Below are positions 1 through 11,503 of a stretch of 64,000 nucleotides of DNA, piece by piece; positions within the stretch are counted from its first letter, which is position 1, and the number at the start of each line of letters is the position of its first letter. The position numbers were made by a program, and so were the translations under genes. Origin of the DNA: Fimbriosthenelais zetlandica (lineage: Eukaryota); assembly GCA_977030845.1 (NCBI GenBank), contig OZ365111.1, positions 12,028,001 through 12,092,000 on the forward strand, given 5' to 3'. The notes under the pieces were generated by a model. That model had not been told where the DNA came from and made no database searches. It saw only the letters and a program-made list of their open reading frames with translations.

Positions 1-3000
1 ACATATCATGTGTGCTGAGGATATAGAATCAAAAACGTGAAAATCCAACACACTTGATCCAGGAATATTTGACAGAAAGGAACTATTTTGTTTTCTAAAA
101 TGGTTTGGGATTTTGGATGGATTTTTGAACACAAAGAGGGGGAAATGACTTCTAGACTGGATTTATTTTGTAAAAAGTATTATTTTACAAATATATATTG
201 GATAGGGAAATACTTGTAGTGATATAACAAGTAAACTAGTTAAGTACCATCTCAAGGAAGTCGAGCATTTTTTTATCTTTTAACCACCAAACTAATTGTC
301 CCATAAAGACCTCCGCAGGGCAAGTAAACTCAAAAAGTCCTCAATCATTCTTTATATTTGGGTCGTGCGAAGTAGAGTGAAACCATGGATATATTTCTCC
401 ACAATGAATTAGGAATTTTTTTTTTTTTTTAAATCTGCTTCTTAACTTATGAGGCCATATGATGAGGTTTTTTAAATTAATTTCATATTGGTATACATAC
501 TGTATATATACTCCCGACCTCAAAGTAAACCTGGGAATATTTTTACCTTTTGTGTAAATCTAAGGTTGTGAAATATGTAATACTAGAAGGCTGGGAGAAG
601 GTTATGGTGCAAATAACATACAAATAAGTCGACCAGCTGTCCAAATGCAGGAAGAAGCCCTATAAATTGGTTGGACCAGTCTGGTGAGCAGCCAATACTG
701 TAATCATATCTCTGGGTACACGGAGTGAGTAAATCTTTGTATTTGAGGTCTAAAATGGGAAGTGGCTGAGCAGGAGCCCCAGTGTTTGATTACATGCCTC
801 TACAACCAATGCCCATATTCTGTCTGGGATGATATAGATGGTGGCTAGAGGGGGCAACGAAAAGGGGGAAGACTGCAATGGAAGGGTGAGATCCAGAAAG
901 TGATATTGTATGGAAGGCCAAGATCCTGAAATTGAGACTGTATGGATGGGCGATAGAAAGACAGAGACAGGGGAGTCAGAAGGACAGACTGAAGAACAGT
1001 CCAGTCCCAGAAAGTGAGATGTTATGAAATACTGAGATTCAAAAAGTGAGATGGTACGGAGATATATAAAGACAGAGACAGAAAGCCGAGGGAAGAGAAA
1101 GAGACAGGAGGACAGGCTGAAGAACAGAAGATATATAGTGACATAGCTGGAATGTAGGCCTACTATTACTAAATGTACTATAAGGAGAAATTCATCTTTA
1201 AGGGGCAAAAATCTCAGATAAAACAGCTAGATTTACCAACCGAAACCCGCACACAGAGGCTATGTATACTGGTTTATTGGGAGCAAAGAGTGGAGCCCAC
1301 AAATTAATATTGAACTGTAGTCTAGACATTCAAACTGGCGGCTAGAAATAATATTTCCCCTGGGCTCTGATCTTATCACCGTGAAAATAGTGAGACGGAA
1401 ATCTAGCCAGCTGTGCTAGTCTACCGTACGAGACATAGGCTGCCATTCAATCCAAAGATATTATAATGTATAAATTATACCCAAATCATAAATATCGCAA
1501 AATAAATAACTATAAAATTTATATTCATGGAGTGGGAACCGAAGAGATAAATCACAAATTCTATAGCTGGATATGACAGGTTGGGATAATTACGAAGAGA
1601 GGAATAGCACAGATTTATAAATTTAGTCAAGAAATGGGGTGGAGTTGAAAATTCAATTCAACATAGGTTAATGACATAATGTATATGTCTTAAAGTGTTC
1701 TAAGGACATTTATTGACAACAAATTCCGGAAAGTAGTTTTTAAGGAGATGGCCCGTCCTGCTATTGGATAAAGAAGCATGTGTTGGACATATGGTAAAGA
1801 TAGTGCCATTTGCCTTGTATTTGCTCTGAGCTGGTGCCTGGTCCACATACCTGGGACCATGGAAGGAAAGGAATCAAAAGCACGACAGGGCATATAACCC
1901 GGGGGGCTTTATCTACCGTTCCGCCTGGCTGCACCCACCAACATCCATGCAATATAGGTCACATGTAGCCCAGTGAGGACAGTGGAGAGGATAGGAAAAC
2001 AGCCATGAATGACAAATAAATGATTTTTTTTTATTTCTCATGGAATTTGAGAAACCTTCGGACAACAGAAGAGTTTTCAGGCACAAAGCAGGGTTTGTTG
2101 GGCTAGGGGTTTGTGTTATGTTTCCAGTATTTGCCCTGACTTTTTGAAGGTATTTTTGTTGACATCATATGGACAGTCAATTACAAGTGACAGTCCCTGC
2201 GGGACAAGTGCATATGGGAAGATGTAAGAGGATCCCGTTGAACATCTTCAACATAGTTGTCAGATGGGATATGGGGTGAGAGGCGGGGGTGGGGGAGGGG
2301 GGGAGGGGGGGGGGGGTGAGAGGAGCCTATAGGGAAACTCCAACTGTACAGAGGTTCAAAGCTGGATCAAAGACAAATCCCCCTTTCCCTGTTCATAAAT
2401 CCCACCATAAAAGAATATCTTCTTTGTTATTAATACCAACATAGGAATGTGGTTTATCTGGATCCAATAAAAACACATATATTTATCTAAATTTTGGAGC
2501 TGCTACTCAAACTACATAATGGGGGAGGAGTATTTTAGTCAATATGCCTTCCATTTGGCGGAATGAGAAACTGTCTGAAAAGATGAATTAGTTCCTCTTT
2601 GTGTTTTTGTCTCTATATAATGGGAGTGAATGAATTGTCTATAGTTCAGGAAGGGTCAGGTGCTCATAGTACTACCAAATAGAACCTGGCCTCCACTCTT
2701 TAAAGGGCCGTGTTGACATGGGTGACAATGGTCAACCATAGATCATTGGTAGACCCATGATGTGTGGCCTGGCCACAACTGAAAACCTCAGTGAATCTGT
2801 CACAAAAAGAATTATTCACTCACACACAAAATAAACAAAACCTGGCAAAAAGCCAGGGAGGGCAGAGGAAGAGGTTGAGGGCTAACTAAACCATTTTCTT
2901 GAGGCTCAGCCTTAAGGTTTAAGGGTATTCATAACCCATGGTTACTAGGGGGGCTCAATTTATCAATCTGACAGTTCAGAAGAACCTTTATTTTTCATTC

Positions 3001-3827
3001 AAAAAATGATTAATTTAAGACAATTTTTCTTCTTCAAATGGACAAAAATATGTCTGAAGTCAGACCCATAATCAAGTAACTGGCCAAAAGCCCTTAAACC
3101 AGCCAATAATAAGTCAAAGAAATCTTCATAAAGAAAAACCTCTTATAAGTATCCCGGCTGTAAGTAAGCTAAGATTATTTGAAGGTAATTATTAGAGATA
3201 CTTTCAACTGAGTGGAATGTGCAGCATTCTAGGCTTCCTAAGAAGAAACCAAAGGTCACTGATTGTAATAGTGTGTTGGGATTCTTGACAGGTGAAAAAT
3301 CTAGCACACAGCATATGATTGATTTAATTAAAGGGTAGAGACGACAGGACGGACCCCCCATGTTCATATTTGATTATTAAATTGCATGCCTATCTGAATA
3401 TTCCATCATATATGAGTAGTAAATTAACGAGTATTATAATGCTTCACAGCAAAACTATAAATCATCTGACAAACATAAGGATTCACATTGACATGAACAA
3501 AAAACTGTCATTGACACTCTAAATTACCTCAACTAATAGGTCAATAATCCTGAGTGTTTTCTAGACGAACAAAGATAGGCTTTAGAGTGTTATCAAGTGA
3601 TCTTTTTCTGTCACATAAGATCAAAGACAGAGAGAAAAAAACCCTGATCACAAGTGCATACTCGAGTAAATCACATGGATGCAATACATATCAAATGACA
3701 TACACAAAACCCTATTAGACATTGAATGACATATATGAGAGAAGAATTCGGCACAAAGGGTTTCAATGTCATATATAGAACTGTTGTATCACTTTCATGA
3801 GTTACATGCAAAAAGTAGACGACCTAC

Positions 3828-3995
3828 CTTGGTCTGGAGAAAGTTGAGACTTTTGTTACAGTTTTCCACCTTCTGTACACGGAGCACGCCTTTGTTAGGC
3901 CGGCCCAGGTTCTCACCTGAGATAATCTCCAGTAGTCGCATCAGCATCTTCCCATCTGCCAGATCCGTGAACAAGTCGTGGATCTGGAGATGGGC
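3828..3995 (-). CDS. SPTBN5: Beta-heavy spectrin (karst/sma-1/SPTBN5-like), CH1 domain coding exon; gene continues beyond the left edge of the window
   Basis: AG acceptor (3996-3997) and GTAGGT donor (3822-3827); 56 codons AHLQIHDLFTDLADGKMLMRLLEIISGENLGRPNKGVLRVQKVENCNKSLNFLQTK, the spectrin actin-binding CH1. The FLxTK-V ending resembles beta-heavy spectrin rather than conventional beta-spectrin (FLKEQRV). The next expected exon (VxLESIGAEDIVDG) was not found in 1-3800. Confidence 0.93.
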
Positions 3996-4228
3996 CTGGA
4001 AAAAAAATCGATTCAAAAGTTAATTAATTCATTAATGGTCTATTTTCACCATTCACATTTTTCTAGATGAGAAGAAAGGATTTCAACTTTTAATTTTTAC
4101 TGATAAACTTAAAAAAAAAAAAAAAAAAAAAAAAAATTTGGTTAAATGTTCATTCATTATTGAGCTACTTATGAGAGCTCAGCACATCCTTTTCTTCATA
4201 ATATTTATGGAAAAAATTATCTATTTAC

Positions 4229-4348
4229 CTTTTCCAGAAATGAGTTGCACCATTTTGTGAATGTTTTCTTTTGGATGTAGACACGCTCCTGCTGCAGGAC
4301 CTGAATCCGGCCCTTCTCAAACTTAGCCCCCCCGTCCTGCAGCTCCAT
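4229..4348 (-). CDS. SPTBN5: Beta-heavy spectrin, first conserved coding exon (exon begins at 4360, ATG at 4348)
   Basis: MELQDGGAKFEKGRIQVLQQERVYIQKKTFTKWCNSFLEK matches the karst-type N-terminus (KFExxRIxxLQxERxxIQKKTFTKW). Acceptor tttttgcAG at 4361-4362, donor GTAAAT at 4223-4228, phase 0 join to the next exon. Confidence 0.95.
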
Positions 4349-5432
4349 TTCATGAGCGCTCTGCAAAAAAAAAATAACACAATTTATCAATAAAATTGTC
4401 TTTAAAAAATACACAAATCTTCGCTGAATAGAAACAATTTACGGGGATTTATAATTAGTCAAGATGATCATAACAGTCACAATTGATCCACTGCAGGAAT
4501 TCATTTTATTCATTCCATATTTTTTATTCTTCAGCATATATTATTGGCACAGTATGTAGGGTATACATGTCTAAGAAGAGGACCCAGCCTTGGAGGATAC
4601 ATGCATGTTCCATTGTAATAACATTCACAACATTTTATCTCAGATCTTTATCTAAGTGGTAAATTTGCTCATCCTTATCTCACACATCACACCATGTCCA
4701 ATTGTTCTATCTGTAACTATATCATTATGTAGGTTGAACTCTTTATCTTGCCTCTGAAGAAAAAACACTTCAGCCCATAGGATTACTCATGAACCACATC
4801 CTAGCTAGCTAAAAGCCCAATTACGTTACTTCAGTGTCACTGGTACCCGTAAACATCTTAGTCCTTGTACCGAATTAATGTAAGAAAAGAAATTAGTGTA
4901 AGAAAAGACTGATCAAGCAAACTAGGTAGGACATTATTTATTGCTCCTTTCACAGAATACCAAGTAAGACAGGGGTGACTCTTTTAACTAGAACCCATAG
5001 TAACAGAAGTATTTAAATATCAGTGATTTAAACTACTAATAATATCCACTGATTGCATATTTGGATGAGTGCTGATATTCAGGATCTGGCTAAATCTATG
5101 ATTATTAGACAGTGCATGCCAAAGTGAAAGTGATGAAGGAATATATTATATGGAGTAATATTTGCTAAAAAAATTCTTATCTATAGTAATCACTGCCTTC
5201 AAGCAAGATGGGGAGATGTCAGGACATTCAAGGGCACCGTCTAGAGTGGATTTGAGGCTAGAACTCTACTTCATCAATAAGTGTGTACTCCGAGGTATAA
5301 TCAGGATTAGTACTGCTATAGCAGGGGAAGCCTCGGGGAGGTGCCTTTTTTCTGTCTCATTTTCTCTTCCTCTCATTTGCGATTTCCTTCAAATGACTTG
5401 GCATACTGATACAGTACTTAGTAAGTACAGCA

Positions 5433-5635
5433 TAAAGCTTGGAACACACTAATCCGTTTCTCTAATCCGTCGCCATCCGAATCCCCATTTCTAATGGTTG
5501 AAATTTTATCAGTGGTTAGCCTTATCTAGGTGTAAAAGTATGTTCAAATTACAAGCATTTGGTTTGTATAGAAATATAGTTTCAGCTTTCGGATGGAGCC
5601 GGATAGAGAATCGGATTAGTGTGCTCCAGGCTTTA
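5433..5635. mobile_element. ~200-bp MITE with 24-bp terminal inverted repeats
   Basis: Left TAAAGCTTGGAACACACTAATCCG versus reverse complement of right end TAAAGCCTGGAGCACACTAATCCG (2 mismatches); internal sequence similar to the element at 18985-19170. Confidence 0.75.
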
Positions 5636-6886
5636 CTATCTATGAGCGTGTACTTAGATATTCACATGCCCAAAGTCATATTATGTAGAGGCTGAGAATG
5701 TACAAATATTTGGCCAACTTCCAAATTCTTCCTTCTAATTGGAAGGAAGAAATATAGTTTAAAAGTGTGACTAGAGCAAAAATCATGAACACACTTCCTC
5801 ATATATGGTACGAGACAACCATGCTTACATCCCTGGAGCCTTGGCGTGATCCTAGCAAATTAATTGATCCCAATTAACCAGATTAGTATCGCACATATTT
5901 CATCAGCTATAATCACAGGGCTAAGAGATGGGAGTACATTTGAATGTTTTCTGCGTAGTTGGCCCATCTGTGGGCAGGGTTTAGAATAAGATATATGTAG
6001 CGATCATCTCAGACTGAAAATACAGCCTATGATCAACACCTCCGACAAGAGTGATTTCAGAAGTCTCAAGTGGAGATCCAAGAGATAGCGAGTGTGGATG
6101 ATCTAGTCCACTCAAAAAGATATATGAGAAGAGTTTATTGTCATTAACATATTTCTATTTATTAGAGAGATAAGGGGCTTGCCGCTAGGAAATTAGGTTT
6201 CCCAGTTAAAGAAGTGCAATGTCATTAATTAGAAAAATTAGTGAAAAACATAATGCAAAATTCAATGACAATCAATTGGGAGATTTGGGGAGGAGAAATG
6301 CATGAAACCTACAAGCCCATGTAGATACTTACAATATTAACCATAACATTATATAGGTACAAAAGGGGGCATCTAAACTATGTCAGTTACATCAGAGCTG
6401 CTCCATAGAACATAGGCTTATAGGATCAATTCATGATAATATTTGACCTTCATACTTTCACAACAATACCCCCAATGGGAGCCCGTATATGCACCAAATA
6501 CAAGCCAGGCATGATCATGCAAACAGAGTGTGTAATTATCTCAACACCATGATGTGTTTAGCCAACTGCCCCGATTAAAATAGCATCAAAGAATGGAGAG
6601 TCAAAGTGGACCAGCATATGAGCAACAAGTGACTAATTTACAACCCATATATACATTATAATGTCTATTACACGAGAGTATGTTAACTGGCCTGATCATC
6701 ATCATCATCATGCCACATTCTGTCACCACAATATTTATGTGCACATGATCTAATACATTACCCAACCCACACATGTTGTATAATGTTGCAGGAATCAATA
6801 TACTTCAATTCATTGATTAGATGCCATTCTGCTAATCAAATTCCATTAACATTCCAAGTTGTTTAGCTCCTGGCAAATCAACTTAC

Positions 6887-6913
6887 CGCCCTTTTCTGCC
6901 AGAACATATCCAT
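6887..6913 (-). CDS. Candidate alternative first coding micro-exon of the spectrin gene (MDMFWQKRA)
   Basis: ATG..GCG followed by a consensus GTAAGT donor (6881-6886); 9 codons, phase 0, in frame with the acceptor at 4360 (giving ...KRA-SAHEMELQ...). CpG-richer patch just upstream (about 7010-7110). No transcript evidence. Confidence 0.45.
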
Positions 6914-7714
6914 CTTGTTCAATCGTCTAATTGAATCTACACTATATAGTACTTGATGAAACCTTATTAAATCCCATGTTGAAAATGGTACTTCCAAAAA
7001 GACCTGAGCAGTCTGAGGCTCGGCTGCCGGATAAGCAACCGACAGACTTATACTTTGAAAGACTTTATAAGACGCGTAGACCCCTATATATAGGCGGTGA
7101 CAAAATGTTCTTATCTAACCTAGTAGGGTGATTTATAACTGGCTATACATGTATTCATGATTAAACATAGATAAATCAGACTCCAAAGAGGTTCTGTATC
7201 TAACATGATGAAACCATCGAACGTGCTTTATCTAGATTTATTATCATACATTACATCAGTATGCATACTTGTACACTTTTATCTTACTTATAAATAAATT
7301 TTTTCTCCTCATTTTGTATAATTTCCTTGATTTCATTCTGGATTACGCAACCATAATCCACTGGAATTTGAAGCGATAGAAAACGCCTTGTAACGGAAAT
7401 CGCCAAATCGATGTACAAATATCTGATAGAGCCAGACTGGGCTAAATAAGGTAGCTCCCTAAGTGTGATAATCCTGTGTCACTATGAAGATATTTATAAA
7501 TTATAATCTATAGGCATCCATCTAAGCAAAGAAGAACATAATTAGATACCATTTCAAGTTATGTTGGGGATTACGACGTGCCACATCAGCATTTTTAACC
7601 ATAATATTCTGTATCCATAGTTGCCTCAAATCAACTCTGTAAATGTTAACTTCTCAAAGCCAAGGTTATAATCAGGATTAGTTAAGTATACTCATAATCA
7701 AGGAGACTCTCAAT

Positions 7715-7950
7715 CTGAGATAACATCTTATCACCAGCATAGAGCTCTATTAGCAACACTGATATGTTAACTGGTTCTTACAACAAAGCCTTTATTTGGG
7801 TCAAGTACGGTACTTTTAGATCCAGAAGCCCTTTACGATAAAATTCCTCATCATCAACAAACCAATAAGTTAGACTTGGGAATAAATTGATGAGATATAA
7901 TCAGAAATCATGCCATATCTTGCCTCAGAAATGGGACTTTCTGGGATATG
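7715..7950 (+). mobile_element. Highly decayed CR1/L2-clade LINE reverse-transcriptase relic
   Basis: One frame with a stop reads EITSYHQH...STVLLDPEALYDKIPHHQQTNKL, which parallels the RT motifs ILSxxQHGF...IFLDFSKAFDKVPHxxLLxKL. Confidence 0.4.
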
Positions 7951-8828
7951 TTTATGGAAGCAAAAACATAATATAGTTTTACTTCGTTTTACTCCATAAT
8001 TGGAAATAAGATTTCTTTCTACACTTGGTTCAAATCATAGTAGAACCTTTATTGATAACTGGAGAAAATTGGAGTCCTAAACTGTGATACTGTGGAAGAT
8101 AGAAGTCAGGGTAGGTATTGACCTGCAACTGTATTGTGATTCCCATATACTACTGCATGTTTGTACCATTGGTGAGAAGTGAGAGAGACAGACCTGTGTC
8201 ATGCAACACTGGCCTGATTACTCAAGCATGGTTTGAGATTACAAAGATTACAACCCGGAAGGTTCCTTATATAGACTCCATGCATTAATGATAATAAAGT
8301 CATGGAGTAAAATCTCTCACTCTCACGATTTAATTAAGGTTCAATATACAATCAGCAAGGTGCTCCTGAACCACTATGTTGCATTCCTTCAGTTACTATT
8401 ACTTCACCAAGAAAATAAATTCTGTAGATATTTCCAGTGAGCATGTATACTGGTATTTGTGGCTTGAAGCATGCATAAATATCTGGTTCCTAAATAAACT
8501 GTTTTCTCATTAAATTTACTCATCCTGATAGGCAAATAAGTGTGCAGTGAGGAATTGTGCCAAGGAAAAATATTTCGTTAAGGTCCCAAGGGGTTTCACA
8601 GTGCAGTCATCAGCCAGGGACTTTTTTCTGGGTTATGAACATCAAATTATGGAGTCAGATTTAAGATAGAAACATTCTAAGTAAATATAAAGAGGGATCT
8701 TGGCTGTCACCCATGAGTATGACAAGGAGTCTGGTATATATAAAATGTTCTATGATTATACATCGCGGCTGATTACTTGATTCTGCTTGTCCATGTTCAG
8801 GAAAGCCACTGAGACTTACTTCTAGAAA

Positions 8829-8995
8829 GAGAGGTACTGACAGCCAAAGAGGAAAGGTACTGACTGCAAGAGTGGAAAGGTACTGACAGCCAAATAGGAA
8901 ATGTACTGACTGCCAGCTAGAGAAAAGGTACTGAGTACACTGCCAGCTAGAGGAAAGGTAAAGACTATCAGCGGAAAGGTATACAGAATGGTAAC
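8829..8995. repeat. Degenerate minisatellite, ~21-24 bp unit (GGAAAGGTACTGACAGCCAAAGA-like), about 6-7 copies
   Basis: Repeated AAAGGTACTGAC core visible directly in the sequence. Confidence 0.85.
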
Positions 8996-10089
8996 TGACA
9001 TACAGGCTTCTAGGACTGCATGGTCTGACTGATTGGTATGGCACAAGAACGTATATAGGCCTAGGTCAAAGTTGTAAGAGGAAATGGAATTAAGCGGACG
9101 GTTTAGGGAAATTAACATTTTTTGTGTTCACAATAAATGTATACTATTTCATGAAACTTAGCATGGACGGATGTAAAAAAGAACTCTCAAAAACATTCAG
9201 TTGGTAAAATAAATTACAAATTATACTGAACCTTGTCCTAACCCCAATCTGAATGATTTGTCTCTAAAATATTTAAATTCTTGGACTCTAATGCCAATTA
9301 TGCCAAACGTTCCTATTTCCTTTCATTTCATATACCACAGCCCCACTTCGATGCCAAGTGAACTAGTATACTTCCTGTTACGGCCAATGCATCAGAGCAT
9401 CAGAGTGTATCGGAATGTGACACTACCTTATCTTTCCAAAATGTCGGTGCGACTGCGAAGTACAAGGGAAAAAGTACTGCAGTAGCTAATATCCTTTGTG
9501 GAAGTATGTAAATTAGTGTTATTAGACCGAATGGATACCACTCTATCAGACGAACACTATAGCAAGTCCATGTCAGCAAATATTGACCTGACCTAGTCCC
9601 TTAGAGTTTTACAGGCCATTTGATTAAATGGACCCAAATTTCTCCTGACACCAAACCGACATGTTAGCTATTTGATATTATTCACAGGGCAGCCTACAAA
9701 AAAGGGAGAGCAGCTGGGGGCAGTGCAACGGTGAACCGAGTCATTTTACACTCGTCCCATGTGTTGCATCTATTATGTCATGTTTGGGTTAGACTGTGTC
9801 ACTGATGGGATGTTACATAACATAACTGACAATATAGGGTAAATGGTAATTATATTAGGATAGGGGTAGTGAATCATAGCCATCTGAAGGTAATAATATT
9901 GCCTAAAATATTTTTCATATCTTAGAGTAAAATTTTACTATATATTATTCCTTCAATTTTGGTGTTTTGGGGTCACTCCTATAGTCTGAGAAAGATATTA
10001 TGAATCTGGTATTGGGTTATGGTATTTTACCCCACACCATTCCAACCCACCCATGATCTCCCACCACCTGTCCCTGCCCTACCAATCTA

Positions 10090-10580
10090 CCCATCCATTC
10101 ATCCAGTAAGTTGAAATCTCTAGGCGGCCTATACACATTTCCCCCAGAGGACGATCCCTCAAACAACCAACCAGCCTTATGTGTTGACTGTGAACTTCTC
10201 TTGGTAAATATTCCCCAGTTCATATTTGTCAGAGTGATTCCAGAAATTGTCAAAGACTGTTTGACATGTTGAGCATCAGCTAATGGCATTTAAAGCCCTT
10301 GACAAGAAGGCGTGCATGTATTGAAAGTAAACTAGTTTATTTATTGCCCCAGACCGACTGGTAATAAATAATGGATATCATAAATATACTATATATATGA
10401 TGTCAAAAGTGTAGCCGATTTTGAAGGAAAAAAACTAGTTTGCCTGCAGCCCAGTGTATATGTGGAATGAATCATGAGAAATTGATATTCATGATATTTT
10501 TTATCAGAGGAATATTTTTCGATTTTTTCTAGTGTATAGAGCACAGGGGATGTTTCATAGGTGTTAAAACCTAGGGGGGA
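10090..10580 (-). mobile_element. Decayed LINE APE-endonuclease relic
   Basis: Minus-strand ORF 10017-10289 contains GNVYRPP-RDFNL (APE motifs GNIYRPP and GDFN with the spacer deleted); the upstream ORF has TLGCRQTSF, resembling ICLQETWL. Confidence 0.4.
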
Positions 10581-11298
10581 CATTATTTCATGTTGGCAAG
10601 TACTTTAAAGAAGTTCAGCAAGGAAGTGGCAGTTAAGTGAGGTGAGAAAATAAGCACACAAGATTTGAACAAGCATATTATACATGTATGAATACAAAAA
10701 ATATCCACAAAGAACAGGATATGATTGCGTTATAATTAACTCAGTTTAGGCTTTTTTTCTTCCTTATTATTCCTCTCACAGCCTTCACTCCTCTCTCCTA
10801 GCTTTTCTAAGTCTTCCAGAACCCTTCAAGCCTTCAGTTCTTCAGGTCTCTGTCTCTTCTGTCCATCGGTCTCAGTCCATCCCATGGCTCCCTCTCTATC
10901 CCTAATTCCTTCCCCCTATATATATATCTGTCCCACCCCACTTTATTCCCATGGTCTGGCTATAAGGGACTGACCCATAAGTGGAGTGACACGCTATGGT
11001 TACAGTAACTTACATGAATACATGATTGTAGTTTGTTCTACATTATCACCTAGAAACCTGACCTGAGTGTGTATGGAATCCTAGCTGAGTGGGAACAAGG
11101 GAGGTGCTTATAAACAGAGAGCCTTCATATGACACTCAGACAGTGTCCTCCTCCCACCTCCCACCACAGACATGGTGGTGGGTGTTACTAACCAACACTG
11201 TGGCTTTGACCATACCCTCTGACTTGCCAAAGGCTTTGATTTCTTCAAATAATTTGAAATTTCCCCCTCACAGACATTTAATTATAGAGGCTTTATAC

Positions 11299-11503
11299 AC
11301 CAACTGGATACATTAGATTTGCCCATATTTGTTCTTCATAAATCTTAATTTTTTAAATATCCGATTTAACATCCTGGCAAACAGGAGATTCAAGACCAAC
11401 TGGATACAGGAAAATTGCCCAGTATTTGTTCTGCATAAATCTTATTAAATTTAGTTAAAAATATCAGATTTAATGTCTTGGCAAACAAGAGATTCAAGAC
11501 CAG
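11299..11503. repeat. Diverged tandem duplication, ~96-bp unit x2
   Basis: CCAACTGGATAC...TTGCCCA.TATTTGTTCT.CATAAATCTTA...GATTTAA...TGGCAAACA.GAGATTCAAGACCA occurs twice head-to-tail. Confidence 0.85.

Noticed and set aside
750-1208. 152-aa minus-strand ORF
   Set aside because: Product of purine-rich low-complexity (AGAC/AGAG) sequence; no recognisable domain or splice support.
2283-2317. Poly-G / G-quadruplex-prone tracts (also about 43130-43160, 46135-46172, 57370-57450) and poly-A at about 4110-4136
   Set aside because: Ordinary simple sequence with no positional pattern.
1-3800. Search for the next spectrin exon (VxLESIGAEDIVDGN...ILGLIWTIILRFQI)
   Set aside because: No matching reading frame found on the minus strand; presumably lies beyond the left edge.
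8661-9118. Overlapping 127-aa and 98-aa ORFs
   Set aside because: Artefacts of the 8.8-kb minisatellite.
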